Below, piece by piece: positions 1 through 11,100 of a DNA stretch of 64,000 nucleotides. Under the pieces are notes generated by a model that worked only from the letters and a program-made list of their open reading frames with translations, was not told the DNA's origin and did no database searches. Within the stretch, counting starts at the first letter, position 1. Every line of letters starts with the position of its first letter. The position numbers and the translations under genes were made by a program. Source of the DNA: Monocercomonoides exilis PA203 (lineage: Eukaryota > Protista > Preaxostyla); assembly GCA_001643675.2 (NCBI GenBank), contig LSRY02000056.1, positions 434,001 to 498,000 of the forward strand, read 5' to 3'.

Positions 1-413
1 AACCCTCACGGAAATGATTCTTCCAACGGCGAGAAACGTCTTTAAGATAGCTCATTCTTCCTGTTCCTGTAGTTCTACGACGGTTGGCTTTCATTGACCA
101 TCCATCTATTTTGAGTAACAAAAAAGAAAATAAAAAGTGATAAAAATTATTAAACAATTGCACATCATTAAGAATTAAATATATTAAAACAAACATTTTC
201 TCATTTTTGGATTTGGATAGGCACATGAAGCGCAACGATGGTGCTGCAAGTGGTATGCGCGCTTTCCACATCTTGGGCACATTCCATGTGATTTACCATG
301 ACGAGGTCCGAATGAGCTTGTTCCTTTTGTCTAATATATTTTAATATAATTATAAAGATTTCCACACAAATTGGATCGTGAGACTACGGTCAAATAAGCA
401 AAGATCAAACCAT
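1..413 (-). CDS. RPL37: 60S ribosomal protein L37 (eL37), 3' end outside window; exons 411-413 (ATG only), 195-330, <1-105
   Basis: Spliced translation M|[46 protein letters not shown]|[34 protein letters not shown] matches eL37 (TKGTSSFG, CxxC...CxxC zinc finger, RRxTTGTGRM). GTTTG...AG introns at 331-410 and 106-194. Not in the ORF track. Confidence 0.95.
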
Positions 414-923
414 CTCGCTAAGACTTCCTAAATAAGATTTTTAAAATCCAACAATGATCTTGCCCATCAAACCAATCTTTTTTCTTTGAAGAGAAAAAAA
501 TTTTAATTTGCCGAATATTTTCGTTTATAATCTCTTAATGCTGTTTCTTTTCGTTTAGTTATAATTATGTATATTTTATTAAAGAGAAAAAATATGTAGG
601 AAATGGTGATGACTTATGTTGCTGACAATAGTATTTTTTCATATTTGGAAGCAATGTTCACTTCTCATCGTTGTCAACAAAGTGAAAATTTTTTATGTTG
701 ATAAATTTTCTCTCCTTTCGCCGAACTGTACATCTAAATAATTGTGAACACCATCTGAATCGAGTGTTTATGTCAAATGAAGAACAAGATATGAAGCCCT
801 AAAAAAATGTCTTTCTAAATTATCATTTTATAATTGAAATATGAATAATTGACAAAGTTCATCAACTTTCCCTGTTTTATTTGATTCAAAATAAAAATAC
901 ATTTTTTCTTTGAAATTCACATA

Positions 924-1001
924 CAGTCTGTCCAAAATAAATGTTGATCTGTCCAAAAAAAATGTAGATCATCCCTCAAAATTAAAAAAAGAGATATTCC
1001 C
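924..1001. repeat. Left terminal inverted repeat (78 bp) of the Tc1-like element
   Basis: Perfect inverted match to 2996-3073; contains the internal direct repeat TCTGTCCAAAA twice. Confidence 0.95.
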
Positions 1002-1034
1002 ACAATCTCTAGCTGAAATTACGAGAAAAATTCA

Positions 1035-2297
1035 ATGCAAACTATTTCCTTTCTGGATGCGAGAACACCAAACAAAAGGATGTTATTGAGCAGCCAAGTT
1101 CCAAATATATCAGAATACAGAGTTGAATACATCGCATCGCATTTTTCACATCCTTTGGAAGAAATGATGCATGAAAATATTAGAATGAGAGCAGCTTTGA
1201 AAGAGAAGGAAGACAGAGAAAAAAAAATTGAACAATTCAGGCAGAAGGATACTGAGGTTGAAGGAAAATGCAAAAGGCCATACACTCCAGCAACTGTCGA
1301 AAAAAGAAAAAAACTTACAGATTTATTCAGAACGTATGGAAGAAGCAAGTCCGAAAGCTGGTATGCGAATGAATGTACCCTCACAAACATCACCACCAGC
1401 AGATATTTACAAAAACTGCAGATTGGTATAGACATTATTCACAACGAAAAACAAAAAGGAAGAAAAAAAATAGTGAACAATGATCGATATAAGAATCTCA
1501 TAAGACAAAAAATGAAGCAAAATCCATTAACCACACTTCGAACAATATCACACGAGCTTTCTTCAACTGGATTGCATATCTCTAAATCTACTGTGCACAA
1601 TATGCTACATGAAAAAAACAACGATACAGATTTATTCCCAATATTTTCTTTCAAGAGAATAACTGTCAGGCCAGCATTCGCAAACACCGATGAAAATAAG
1701 AAACAAAGAATTCATTTCATTGAACAATTATTTCGATACGAGAAAGATGGCGCGCTAATTTTCTACATCGATGAGACGTCGTGGAACGTCAGTTGCATCA
1801 GGAAATACGGTTGGGCAGAAAGAGGAGAAAAAGTGTTGGTTCCTCCACCTCCACTATTTCAATCTGTAACAGCTATCACGTCTATATCCATGCTTGGAAT
1901 GGGCTACACAGAAGTGATTAGAGGAACAGTCAACCACGAAGTGTTTGAAGCCTATATTAAGCGTTTTCTATTATCCATTAAAAATTACAAATCGTCTGTG
2001 ATCGTAATGGATAATGCAACAATTCATCATATTAACACGGACAGTCTTATTAAAGAAGCTGGTCATGTCGTTCTATTCAACGCTGCATATTCCCCAATTT
2101 TGAACCCAATCGAGAATATTTTTGGCATTTGGAAGGCAAGAGTTGAATCAAATACGTTAAAGTGGGAAGGGGAGTCACACTTTTTCGCTGAAATGGCAAA
2201 AACCTTTGAAGAAATTTCTGCCAGAGAAGTCAGAAAAACCATCATGGATATCGAAACAAATATATGGCCGCAGGTCATATCCTTGAAAGATCTGTGA
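1035..2297 (+). CDS. Tc1/IS630-family DDE transposase, 420 aa
   Basis: HTH-like segment (NPLTTLRTISHEL...ISKSTVHNML) and catalytic motifs FYIDETS, VMDNATIHH, YSPILNPIENIFG; uninterrupted ORF inside the TIRs. Confidence 0.95.
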   Translation: MQTISFLDARTPNKRMLLSSQVPNISEYRVEYIASHFSHPLEEMMHENIRMRAALKEKEDREKKIEQFRQKDTEVEGKCKRPYTPATVEKRKKLTDLFRTYGRSKSESWYANECTLTNITTSRYLQKLQIGIDIIHNEKQKGRKKIVNNDRYKNLIRQKMKQNPLTTLRTISHELSSTGLHISKSTVHNMLHEKNNDTDLFPIFSFKRITVRPAFANTDENKKQRIHFIEQLFRYEKDGALIFYIDETSWNVSCIRKYGWAERGEKVLVPPPPLFQSVTAITSISMLGMGYTEVIRGTVNHEVFEAYIKRFLLSIKNYKSSVIVMDNATIHHINTDSLIKEAGHVVLFNAAYSPILNPIENIFGIWKARVESNTLKWEGESHFFAEMAKTFEEISAREVRKTIMDIETNIWPQVISLKDL

Positions 2298-2995
2298 AGG
2301 AAGTTTTTTCTTTTAATTTTTTTTCCTCATTTCATAAGTTTTTTTTTGTTTCAAACGTAACATTCGCTTTCTAATCACAATGATTTTTTTTGAAACAAAA
2401 ACAATGTTGAAAAAACATTTGCGTAACTAATTGATACATTTGTTCGTTCATTATATTTTTTGTAACTTCTATTTACAAAACAAAAACAAGTTCAAACAGA
2501 ATGTCTTTTTGTTTTTAATTAAAAAAATAAAAATAAAATCACATTATCCAATAGTTTTTCACAATTCTATTGAATGAGGTGATCATTGAAATGAATACAA
2601 TAGCTTTATCAAAAACAACTACAAACAATACGTCAACAACTATTTTTTAAACATGCAAGATTGAAAAGAAATAAGTTGTTGCAACGTAAATCAAAAGAAT
2701 AATGATGACAAATTTTAAAAACAAACAAAAACTTTACAGCATGTGAAGAAAAATAAAAGCACTTTGTCAAAAACTTCAACTTGTTTGTTTTCAAAAGAGA
2801 TATACACAATTAAACACTTTTCTTTTGAAAATATAACTATTTGCTAAACAATTCATTATCAAAATGAAAACAAATAAAAAAACAATGTTTAAATTGCAAA
2901 AACAACATACCCTTGTGTCATTTTTGCTTCAGAGTTCATTTATTCATTGAAAATTCACAAAATAATGAAAAGAAAAAGTTTCCACAAGCGATGTG

Positions 2996-3073
2996 GGGAA
3001 TATCTCTTTTTTTAATTTTGAGGGATGATCTACATTTTTTTTGGACAGATCAACATTTATTTTGGACAGACTG
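2996..3073. repeat. Right terminal inverted repeat (78 bp) of the Tc1-like element
   Basis: Reverse complement of 924-1001. Confidence 0.95.
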
Positions 3074-3316
3074 TAAACAATTTTAATAATATTCCAGTTT
3101 TTGATAAACCAGGAATATTATTTTATAGTGAATAAATACAATTAAGATGATGAGAATAATCATTCAAGCATGAAAAAGATCAAAAATAATGAAATTTTTG
3201 CATAAACATAATTTCGCGGGTTCAGATAATTGATAATTGTTGCAAGTACAAATCGAATATACATTTATTATTCAATTCGTATTTAGTCCATACATACAAC
3301 AGAACACTTAATTGCA

Positions 3317-6300
3317 ATGACGCATCTGCAAACTTTTGATGAACATCGTATTTGGGGTGGTTTGCAGTGTTTAATCATTTTAACGCATTGTTTCATCTTT
3401 TTTATAGCATCATCTCCAGCGGGATTTGATTTATCTTCGAATGAAAGAATATGTATGTTTTATTTACTTCGTTTTTTCAATTATGAAAATAAATATTATA
3501 GATTCTCCGTCACTTCCATTTTATAATCCATCTATTCCTTCAAAACCTTTACCAAAAACAATTATATCACATCCAAGTAGGCCCATCGTGAACGACGAGG
3601 ATATTTTGGAAAATAGTCATGAAAATTCTATCGAAAGTGCAACTGATTTTCAAAATGAAATTGAAAATCCGACAGATAGAAAAGATGACAGAGAAGGAGA
3701 GCTTCATTTTTCTACCTTTTCTGCATTTGCTCATGTTTCAAAGCAACCAATTACTTCCCCATCAAAATTTCATCGTCACAAAGAAGACATTTGTCATGAT
3801 ACTTCAACGTCAGCAATAATAGAAACAGAAGACGACGTTGATGTCGCACTTGCGGCAGCGGCTGCAAAAGCAGCGATGGAAATGAAAATGGGGATGAGTT
3901 TCAGTGGTCGTTCCGGCTTGAAGCGGACTTTGTCAATAAAAGGAAAAGGCCCAACATCTCTTGCTTTTCAACCTCCTTCACTAACTCCAGCACCTTCCCC
4001 CCATCCATCAATGGTGTCTTCTGGTAGAGGAGGTGAAGAAGGCGAAGTGTTTGGATCGTCTATTTTGGTCGGTCAAGGCCGCGAAGGCAGCCATCTTCTC
4101 AAGCAGCGGGAAACAGCATTGCTGATGCCAGCCTCCACGCCTGTGCAGTTTGCCACCGTGTCCTCCTCAACAGCCCCTCCTCTCTCGCTCCATACATCAC
4201 CTTCACACCATGCTCACTCCAGTCCATCACCCACTTTTATGAAGAGCGACACTTACGGACAGCCTGCTCCTGCTTATCAGCATTCACCTTCTGAATACTC
4301 ACAGCCAGGCATGTCTAATGACAGCAGCCAATCACTTCACGATGTCCCACTTCATCCTCAGCAGCACGTGTCCTTCATTGGTCGTTCTGCCTCTCCTCTG
4401 CGGAACTCCATCTCTTCCTCCTCCAAACAGCTAAGTACTGCATTTGTGCCATCTGGCCTGTCCTCATCCACTTCAGAAGTCAAACACGCCGACTCCCCGG
4501 GCTACTCACCAGGTGCTCCTTCATTTCTTCCTTCTTCTTCTCGTCTCTCTCTTTCTCCTATACCACACACATCAGCCAATTCATCGTCTTCTCACGTCTC
4601 CTTTGCCACCCCGCACCGCCCCCAGCAGGCACAACCAGGCTCTCGCTCTTCCACGCCCATCCAGCAGCTCGGTAGACCTTCTTCTGCTTCGTCGTTTGTG
4701 CTGTTTCTTCAGCCTTCTGCTTCTACCAATTATTCACAGACTGTCAGTTCATCATCATCATCATCATCTTCTTCTTCTTCTTCCTATTCCTCTTCTTCTA
4801 CCCCTTACTCCTCTTCATCCTCTCCTACCTACCCCTTATCTTCATACACTGCCTCAACCACTCTCTCCTCTGCCCCTTCTCCACTCCCCACCGCCCTCCC
4901 GAAAGAGCAGCACTTCCACGAGCAGCTCCTCTTCTGGCAGAAGGAGGTCATTCCACACTGGAGCACCCGGAGCAACCAAGAGAACGTGCGGCAGCTGTGG
5001 CGGCAGGGCATACCAGCCCCAGTGAGAGGGCAGGTGTGGCTGAAGACGATTGGAAACAGACTGAATATCACAGAGAGACTGTACAAGATGCTCGAGGCAA
5101 GCAGGAAGGAGGCGATGAAGGCGATGGAGGAAGAGAGGGAGAGGAGTAAGGCAGAAATAGGGAATGAGGGAAGTGGAGATAATAATAATATCAATAATAG
5201 TTATAATAACAGTTCTGATTGTGGAGAAGGCAATACAGCAAGTGCTCATAACACACCAGAAAAAAAAGGAAACAGAAGAGCAAGTGACCAACAAGCAAAA
5301 GAAAATGAGATAAAAAGGATTGAAAACAACCCAAACCAGTCAGAGAATGAAGCATCTCGGAAAGAAAACAGGACAAAGTGCAGTTCTCAAAGGCAAGAAC
5401 ACGAGACACATCATCACAAATCCACCTCTTCTTCTTCTTCTTCTTCTTCTTTACCTCCTCTTCAATCAACCACATCTGCCTCTTCATTTTCTGAGTGTGC
5501 TTCATCTGGACTGTCTTCTTCATCTATTTCCTCTCCATTTGCTGACCCAACAGAAGGCTCCTCTTTCTCTCCCAGCACAACACCTTCACATTCACATTCA
5601 CATTCACCCTCACTCACCCTCACTCTCTCCCCCTCAGTCTACACACCAGCCTCTGATATTTCTCTGGCCAATCAGCGTTCACAGGGAGTTTCGAATTCAA
5701 ACAGAGCAAATGGATTCACTTCTTCTCCACTCGCAATGGCTGACATATCACAGCCTGACACTCCTTCATCGCCTGGTTCTGTTGCCTCTTGTTCAAACTC
5801 CTCTTACTTGCCTTCTGTGAGCTTATTATCTTCTTCTTCTTCTTCTTCTTCTTCTTCTTCTTCTTCAACTGCATCATCTGCATTCACTTCACTTGAGTGT
5901 TCTTCTTCTTCTGCTGCTGCTTCTGCTTCTTCTGAAAGGCAACACAATTCTTCATCTGCTTTGCCTCCTTCAATCTCAACTCCTCCACAATCTCCTTCTC
6001 CTCTCACTTCTCCTTCTCCCTCTGAAACTGCTTCTCATTCAACTCAGCATTCACTTCGCCATCAGATCTCTTCTACTGTTCTTCAAGCACCTTCTTCCTC
6101 CTCCTCCTCCTCTTCTTCTTTTAATGCTTCGAATAGCATAACTTCATTGCAATCATCATCGTCTTCTTCATTCATGCCGGCTTCTGCAGAAATCCTTGAT
6201 CTTTTTCCCACTTCAGCTGCCAATTTACAATTTTCTTCTTCTTCTCTTTCTCCTCCTTCGTCTTCGCCAAACAATTACAAAAAATTCTCTTATAAGTCAA

Positions 6301-7482
6301 CTTCTTTTGATACAAGCACTTCATCAACATCGTCTTTATTGTCATCGTCATCATCATCTTCTTCCATTTCATCCACTTTCTCAAATGCATCCAACGCATC
6401 CATAACAACCACAACAACCATCGCATCCAATGCAATCCCTTCTCCTCACCCAACGAAGTCCACAAACACACCAAAATCCCTCAAATCTCCCCAATCCTCC
6501 AGTGCCAGCCGTTCTCCTCTCCTTCTCCCTTCCTTCTCTTCCTCTCTCTTCGACCCGATCGCTACCTTGCGCTGCATCCACTTCGACATCCCCCGCACGC
6601 TCAACACACTCACCACGTTTCAGTCCAGCCGCTCTGACTGTGATGCCCTCTGCTCCATTCTCTACTGCACCGCTGCTTTTCGGCCAGACATGGGCTATGT
6701 ACAAGGTATGTCCTTCATTGGAACGATGCTTCTGATGCACATGTCACCCTTCAACGCCTTCGTCTCCCTCGCCAACATGCTCACCACGCACCACTTCCTC
6801 TTCGCGTTCTTCTTCGGCGACTCGCACTCGCTCCAGCAGCATCTGCGTCTGTTTGAGCAGAGCATAGCGCTGTGCCTGCCGGATGTGGCGAGGAGGCTGG
6901 AGGAGCTGTCGATAGATGGGTCGCTCTATGCCATCTCCTGGTTCATGAAGATGTTTGTGTCGACGCTTCCGAGAGAGACCACGGAGCTAATCTGGGACAG
7001 ATACATGTGCGATGGAGAAGTGGCGCTCATTCAGGCAAGTCTTGGTGTGGTGTTTTTTGGGTTGTGCTGAAAAGAAGATGAAAGAAAAAAAAAATCCTTT
7101 TGACTTTTCGTTTTTTTATCTCCAATTGCTTTGGAATACTTTTTGTATTTGCACATAAAATTTCAGATTTTCAGTTTTCAGTTTTTATTTCACCGAATTT
7201 TCCCTCTGAAATCGTTGGACTTATGTTCTCTCTTCTTATTCATCTCTGTTTCCTTTTTTATTCTATCTTCTAATAGCAATTCTGAAGTCCTTGTCTCATG
7301 TTATTCTAAACAGCGATTTTGAAGGGGTGATGACGGTGCTGCACTGCACACAAAAGGGAATGTCTCCGTCCACAATGAGCGAGTCAATGGATTCTGTTGG
7401 ACTGACAAGGAAAAAATGGCATAAGTTACTTGAGCAGCATGATTTGTGCGACCACGACCTTTGGTTTAAAGCGGAAGATTAA
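3317..7482 (+). CDS. TBC-domain Rab GTPase-activating protein with long Ser-rich inserts; proposed exons 3317-3359, 3408-3452, 3502-7044, 7277-7482
   Basis: TBC motifs LWRQGIPAPVRGQVW, IHFDIPRT (Arg finger), GYVQGMSFI (Gln finger), YAISWFMKMF, IWDRY. Splicing 7044/7277 gives ASL-AILKSLSHVILNSDFEG, the usual TBC C-terminal helix. The 5' exons are inferred from frame-consistent GT-AG sites and are less certain. Confidence 0.88.
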
Positions 7483-8131
7483 AGAAGTCATTTTCTTTTT
7501 CTTTTTTGATAATTCTGTTGGTTGATTGTGAGTTCTGTTTTGATTCTTTTTTGCACTTAATGTGGAAATGTGTTTTTTGTTTTATTTGAAAGTCATATTT
7601 AATTTTTTGAAAACAAAAAAGAAAAAATTGTTGCTTTTCATCATTCCATATCATAAATGGAAATTATTGATGTCCACGTACACACACGTTTGGAAAAAAA
7701 ACATTACGATGAGTTTGGTCATTGTTTCAATTCTTTTCAGCTCTTCAGAATTTCATAAATTTAATATAGAGTTCATGAGTAATATTTATTAGCCATTTCT
7801 ACAAAAAATTATATCCATTTTACGTTAAATTTGTATTTGTTTTGAATTTTTTATATTTTGTTCCAATTTTTCAAATGGGAAAAATTTTTTTGTTTTATGA
7901 ATTTTGTTCAACTCGGTTCATTCAAAGATTTTTATTGTTTTTTAACATTTTAATATTTAATATTGCCCGATAATGTTAGAATAATAATCATACGATTGCG
8001 GAAATCCTTTGGAACATATCAAAAAATCTACAAAAATTCAGTCGTTTTATTTAATAAAAGATTAATTGAGAATCAAAATAATATGGGGCGTTGGGATTTT
8101 TCATTTCCATATTTTTCCTGCGTCCACATCC

Positions 8132-11100
8132 ATGGTTCGACTCTTCACCAGCGCAAAAGCTGCACTCAATATTGTTGCATTGCTGTTGCTTTGTGCAAGA
8201 TGCCTTAATGCTGAGGGTAATGCCAATGCACAAATTCTACGAAAAAGGAGCGAGGAGATACAGAAAGGCAATATCTGTATTGCAGATGAAAATATCAGGC
8301 TTGACACTAATTTTTTCATTCGAAAGGAAGCATCTAGAATTACATCTGGCAACCACGTCTGTTGTTCTCAGACAAGTCTCAATATCATCAACAGCTCGTT
8401 ATGCGTAAGCCATCTCACCATAGTGCCTCTCACCGGTTGTCCGCCCCTCACCGCTCAACACCACTCAGCTGCCACCATCCTCTCCTCCACTTGCCAGATC
8501 AACCCAGCAGCAAAATCTCCACTTTTCCTCTCTACCCATGCTTCCCTTTCCCTCGCCAACTTCTCCCTCATCACCCCTCAACCGGCCGTCCTCTCCTTCC
8601 CCCTCTTCTCCACCCCAAACAATCTCCTCCCAGATACCCACTCCCCAATCCCTGCCTCCTTCTCCATCTCCCACTCCTCTTTCTCCTCGTTCGTCTCCCT
8701 CATCCAGCCCTTCCTTTTTTCTCCTTCTTCCCTCTCTTCCCCATCCCCTTCTCCATCTCCATCCCTTTCCTCTTCTCCTTCATCTTCCTCATCCTCATCC
8801 TCATCCTCTTCTTTTTCTTCCCCTTCACCTTCCCTTTCCCCTTCGATTTCCTCTTCCTCTTCCCCTTCCCCTCTCCATATCCATCACCAATACCATCCCC
8901 ACCTCCAAATCCACCTCAATCTCCATCTCTCAAACACACTCTTCTCCAACATCTCCTCTCTTCAATCCCCTCTATCACTTCCATCCCTTCCTTCACATTC
9001 ACTCAACCCATTCACCTCAACCACCTCTTCCTCTTCTCTCTCTTCCACCAACACCAACACCAATTCAATCCCCTCCTTCTCCCTTCACTCCTCCCTCTCT
9101 ATCCACTCAACCATTTTCCTCCACACCCACAACCCCATCGATGGTGCCATCCTCCCCAACCTCAACAGCCCATCAACTTCTCTCTCTGCCTTCAACACCT
9201 CTTTTCTCCAGCAAACACGATCTTCGCCAAATGATCCTGTGATACATGAAGGAACAGAATCTGAAAGAATAAGACTGGGAAGATTGGCTTCATTTGATAA
9301 GAACAGCCATCGCTTTGAATGGTGCGAATGGGAAAATACAACTGGTGGAAGAAGCCATGGCGGCGCACTAAATGTTAATTGTGCGAATGCAAGTATTGCA
9401 ATTACGCTATGTTCTTTTGATAAATGCATTTCTGATGGAGGCAGTGGCGGAGCGTTATACTGTGCATATTTGCTTAAAATCAACAACACAAAATCGAATT
9501 ACACAAATTGCTCAGCATTTCATGGAGGTGCAGCTTGCGTAGATGCTCCTCAATCAAGTTCAATTTGGGAATTCTCGGAAAACAAAGTTGAAAATTGCTC
9601 GATAACAAGTTGGTGCGCAACAGGCTGGTATTTTTGGCTTGAAACCTTAAAATCAAACGGTCATTTCCAGTTTTCTAAATGCAAATGCATTACAAATTAC
9701 GGTGGAGATTCTTCTGGATCTTTATCATTAAATTTTCCTCCAAATATAAAGCCAAGCCTGTTTTTGGTTGATGATTGTCAGTTCATAAACAATAAACTGT
9801 CGTCCTTATCAACGAAATGGGGAGGCGCAGCAATATTTTTCAGAGATACATATCCTTGGATGAGTGGAACAAAATTCATCACATTCTGTTTCTTCGATGG
9901 TAACTCCGCTGCAAATGGTAGGGGAAACGATGTGTTCCTCAATGGAAGCAGCATCACTAAATCTCCATTCGAGAATTGCGGTTCAACAACGCTCACAAAA
10001 AGAGTCTGGAATGCTGGAACAGCAGATAATACTGAGTACAACAGCTGGCTCCCACTTATCGCGAAGAGCATAACCGTGGCCAACAACGGAATTGATGCTG
10101 ACACATGTGGTAGAATGCAGCAAAGCCCATGCGCCACAATCGAGTATGCCCTAGGATGCGTTGCTCCCTTCCAAGATGCTTCCCTCATCCTCCTCAAATC
10201 CACCTTTGCACCCATCCAAACGCTTATTTTCCATGCTCCAAATACAAGTATCACAGGAAATGGAACAGATGCCACCACCATCGCCTCCAGTCACATTCCT
10301 CAACCACCAAACTCACACTCACAATCATCGCAATCAACATCTTCATTTTCTTCATTTTCCTCCTCATCATCATCAACAACATCTTCTTCACCAGATCCAT
10401 CTGCCTCGTCTGCCCACTTCCAACAAACTCAGGGCTCCCTCACAGTCTCTGCCCTCGCCATCTCCCACAATTCCACAAATGCAATCACCCCCATCCTCTT
10501 CCACCTCTCCGAAAACTCCCCTTCCCTCAACCTCAACACAATTACCATCACCGGAACAACCTCCATAACAATAAAAACACCCCTCTTCTTCCTCACTGCT
10601 GGCTCCCTCGCCCTCAACCACACAGCAATCACCAGTCTCACCCTCAACAGCCAAAGCATCTTCCACCTCGCCTCCCTCGCCAGTCCTCTCACCCTCAACT
10701 CCTCCAGCATCACCGATATCACCTCCACAGCCACTCCAGCCAGCTGTGTCCTCTCCTCTACCACCTCCCCTGCCCTCTCCATCTCCCTCGCCAACTGCAC
10801 CATCACCAACATCAACTCAGAACAGTTGAGCCAACAGACTGCCACCAATGGCGGGTGCATCTCATTCGCCTCGTCTGCCCCTGCCAACTCCTTTTCAGTG
10901 AGTGATTCCACCTTCTCCAGCTGCTCTGTGAGCGAGGATACAAGTTCTGGAGGAAGAGGGGGTGCTCTCATGATCGAGTACAAGGATGATTCACAAGTGT
11001 CAGAATCCTCCTTTTCCATGACAAATGTGATGTTTTCAGCTAACAAGGCCAGTGTCGGAAGAGATGTGTATTTTGTGTGTGAATCCTTTGTGGCTTCTGT

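Larger units (their letters stand above)
924..3073 (+). mobile_element. Intact Tc1/IS630-like DNA transposon (2150 bp)
   Basis: 924-1001 (CAGTCTGTCCAAAATAAATG...GATATTCCC) is the exact reverse complement of 2996-3073. TA on both flanks (922-923, 3074-3075). Encloses one transposase ORF. Confidence 0.96.

Noticed and set aside
603-760. Possible box C/D snoRNA (GTGATGA at 606, CTGA at 755, ATGGTG/CACCAT complement)
   Set aside because: The stem and boxes are not in canonical order and I could not identify an rRNA-complementary guide; such motifs arise by chance.
2298-2995. Second cargo gene (e.g. Fanzor/TnpB-like) or structured RNA in the 3' part of the Tc1-like element
   Set aside because: AT-rich with no ORF of 60 aa or more and only short chance-level inverted repeats.
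3426-3501. ORF-track N-terminus of the TBC protein (MIYLRMKEYVCF...)
   Set aside because: Non-ATG start reading through a probable GTATGT...ATAG intron (3453-3501).
8066-8131. ORF-track start at 8066 for the receptor
   Set aside because: It is a non-ATG start; the ATG at 8132 directly opens a signal peptide.
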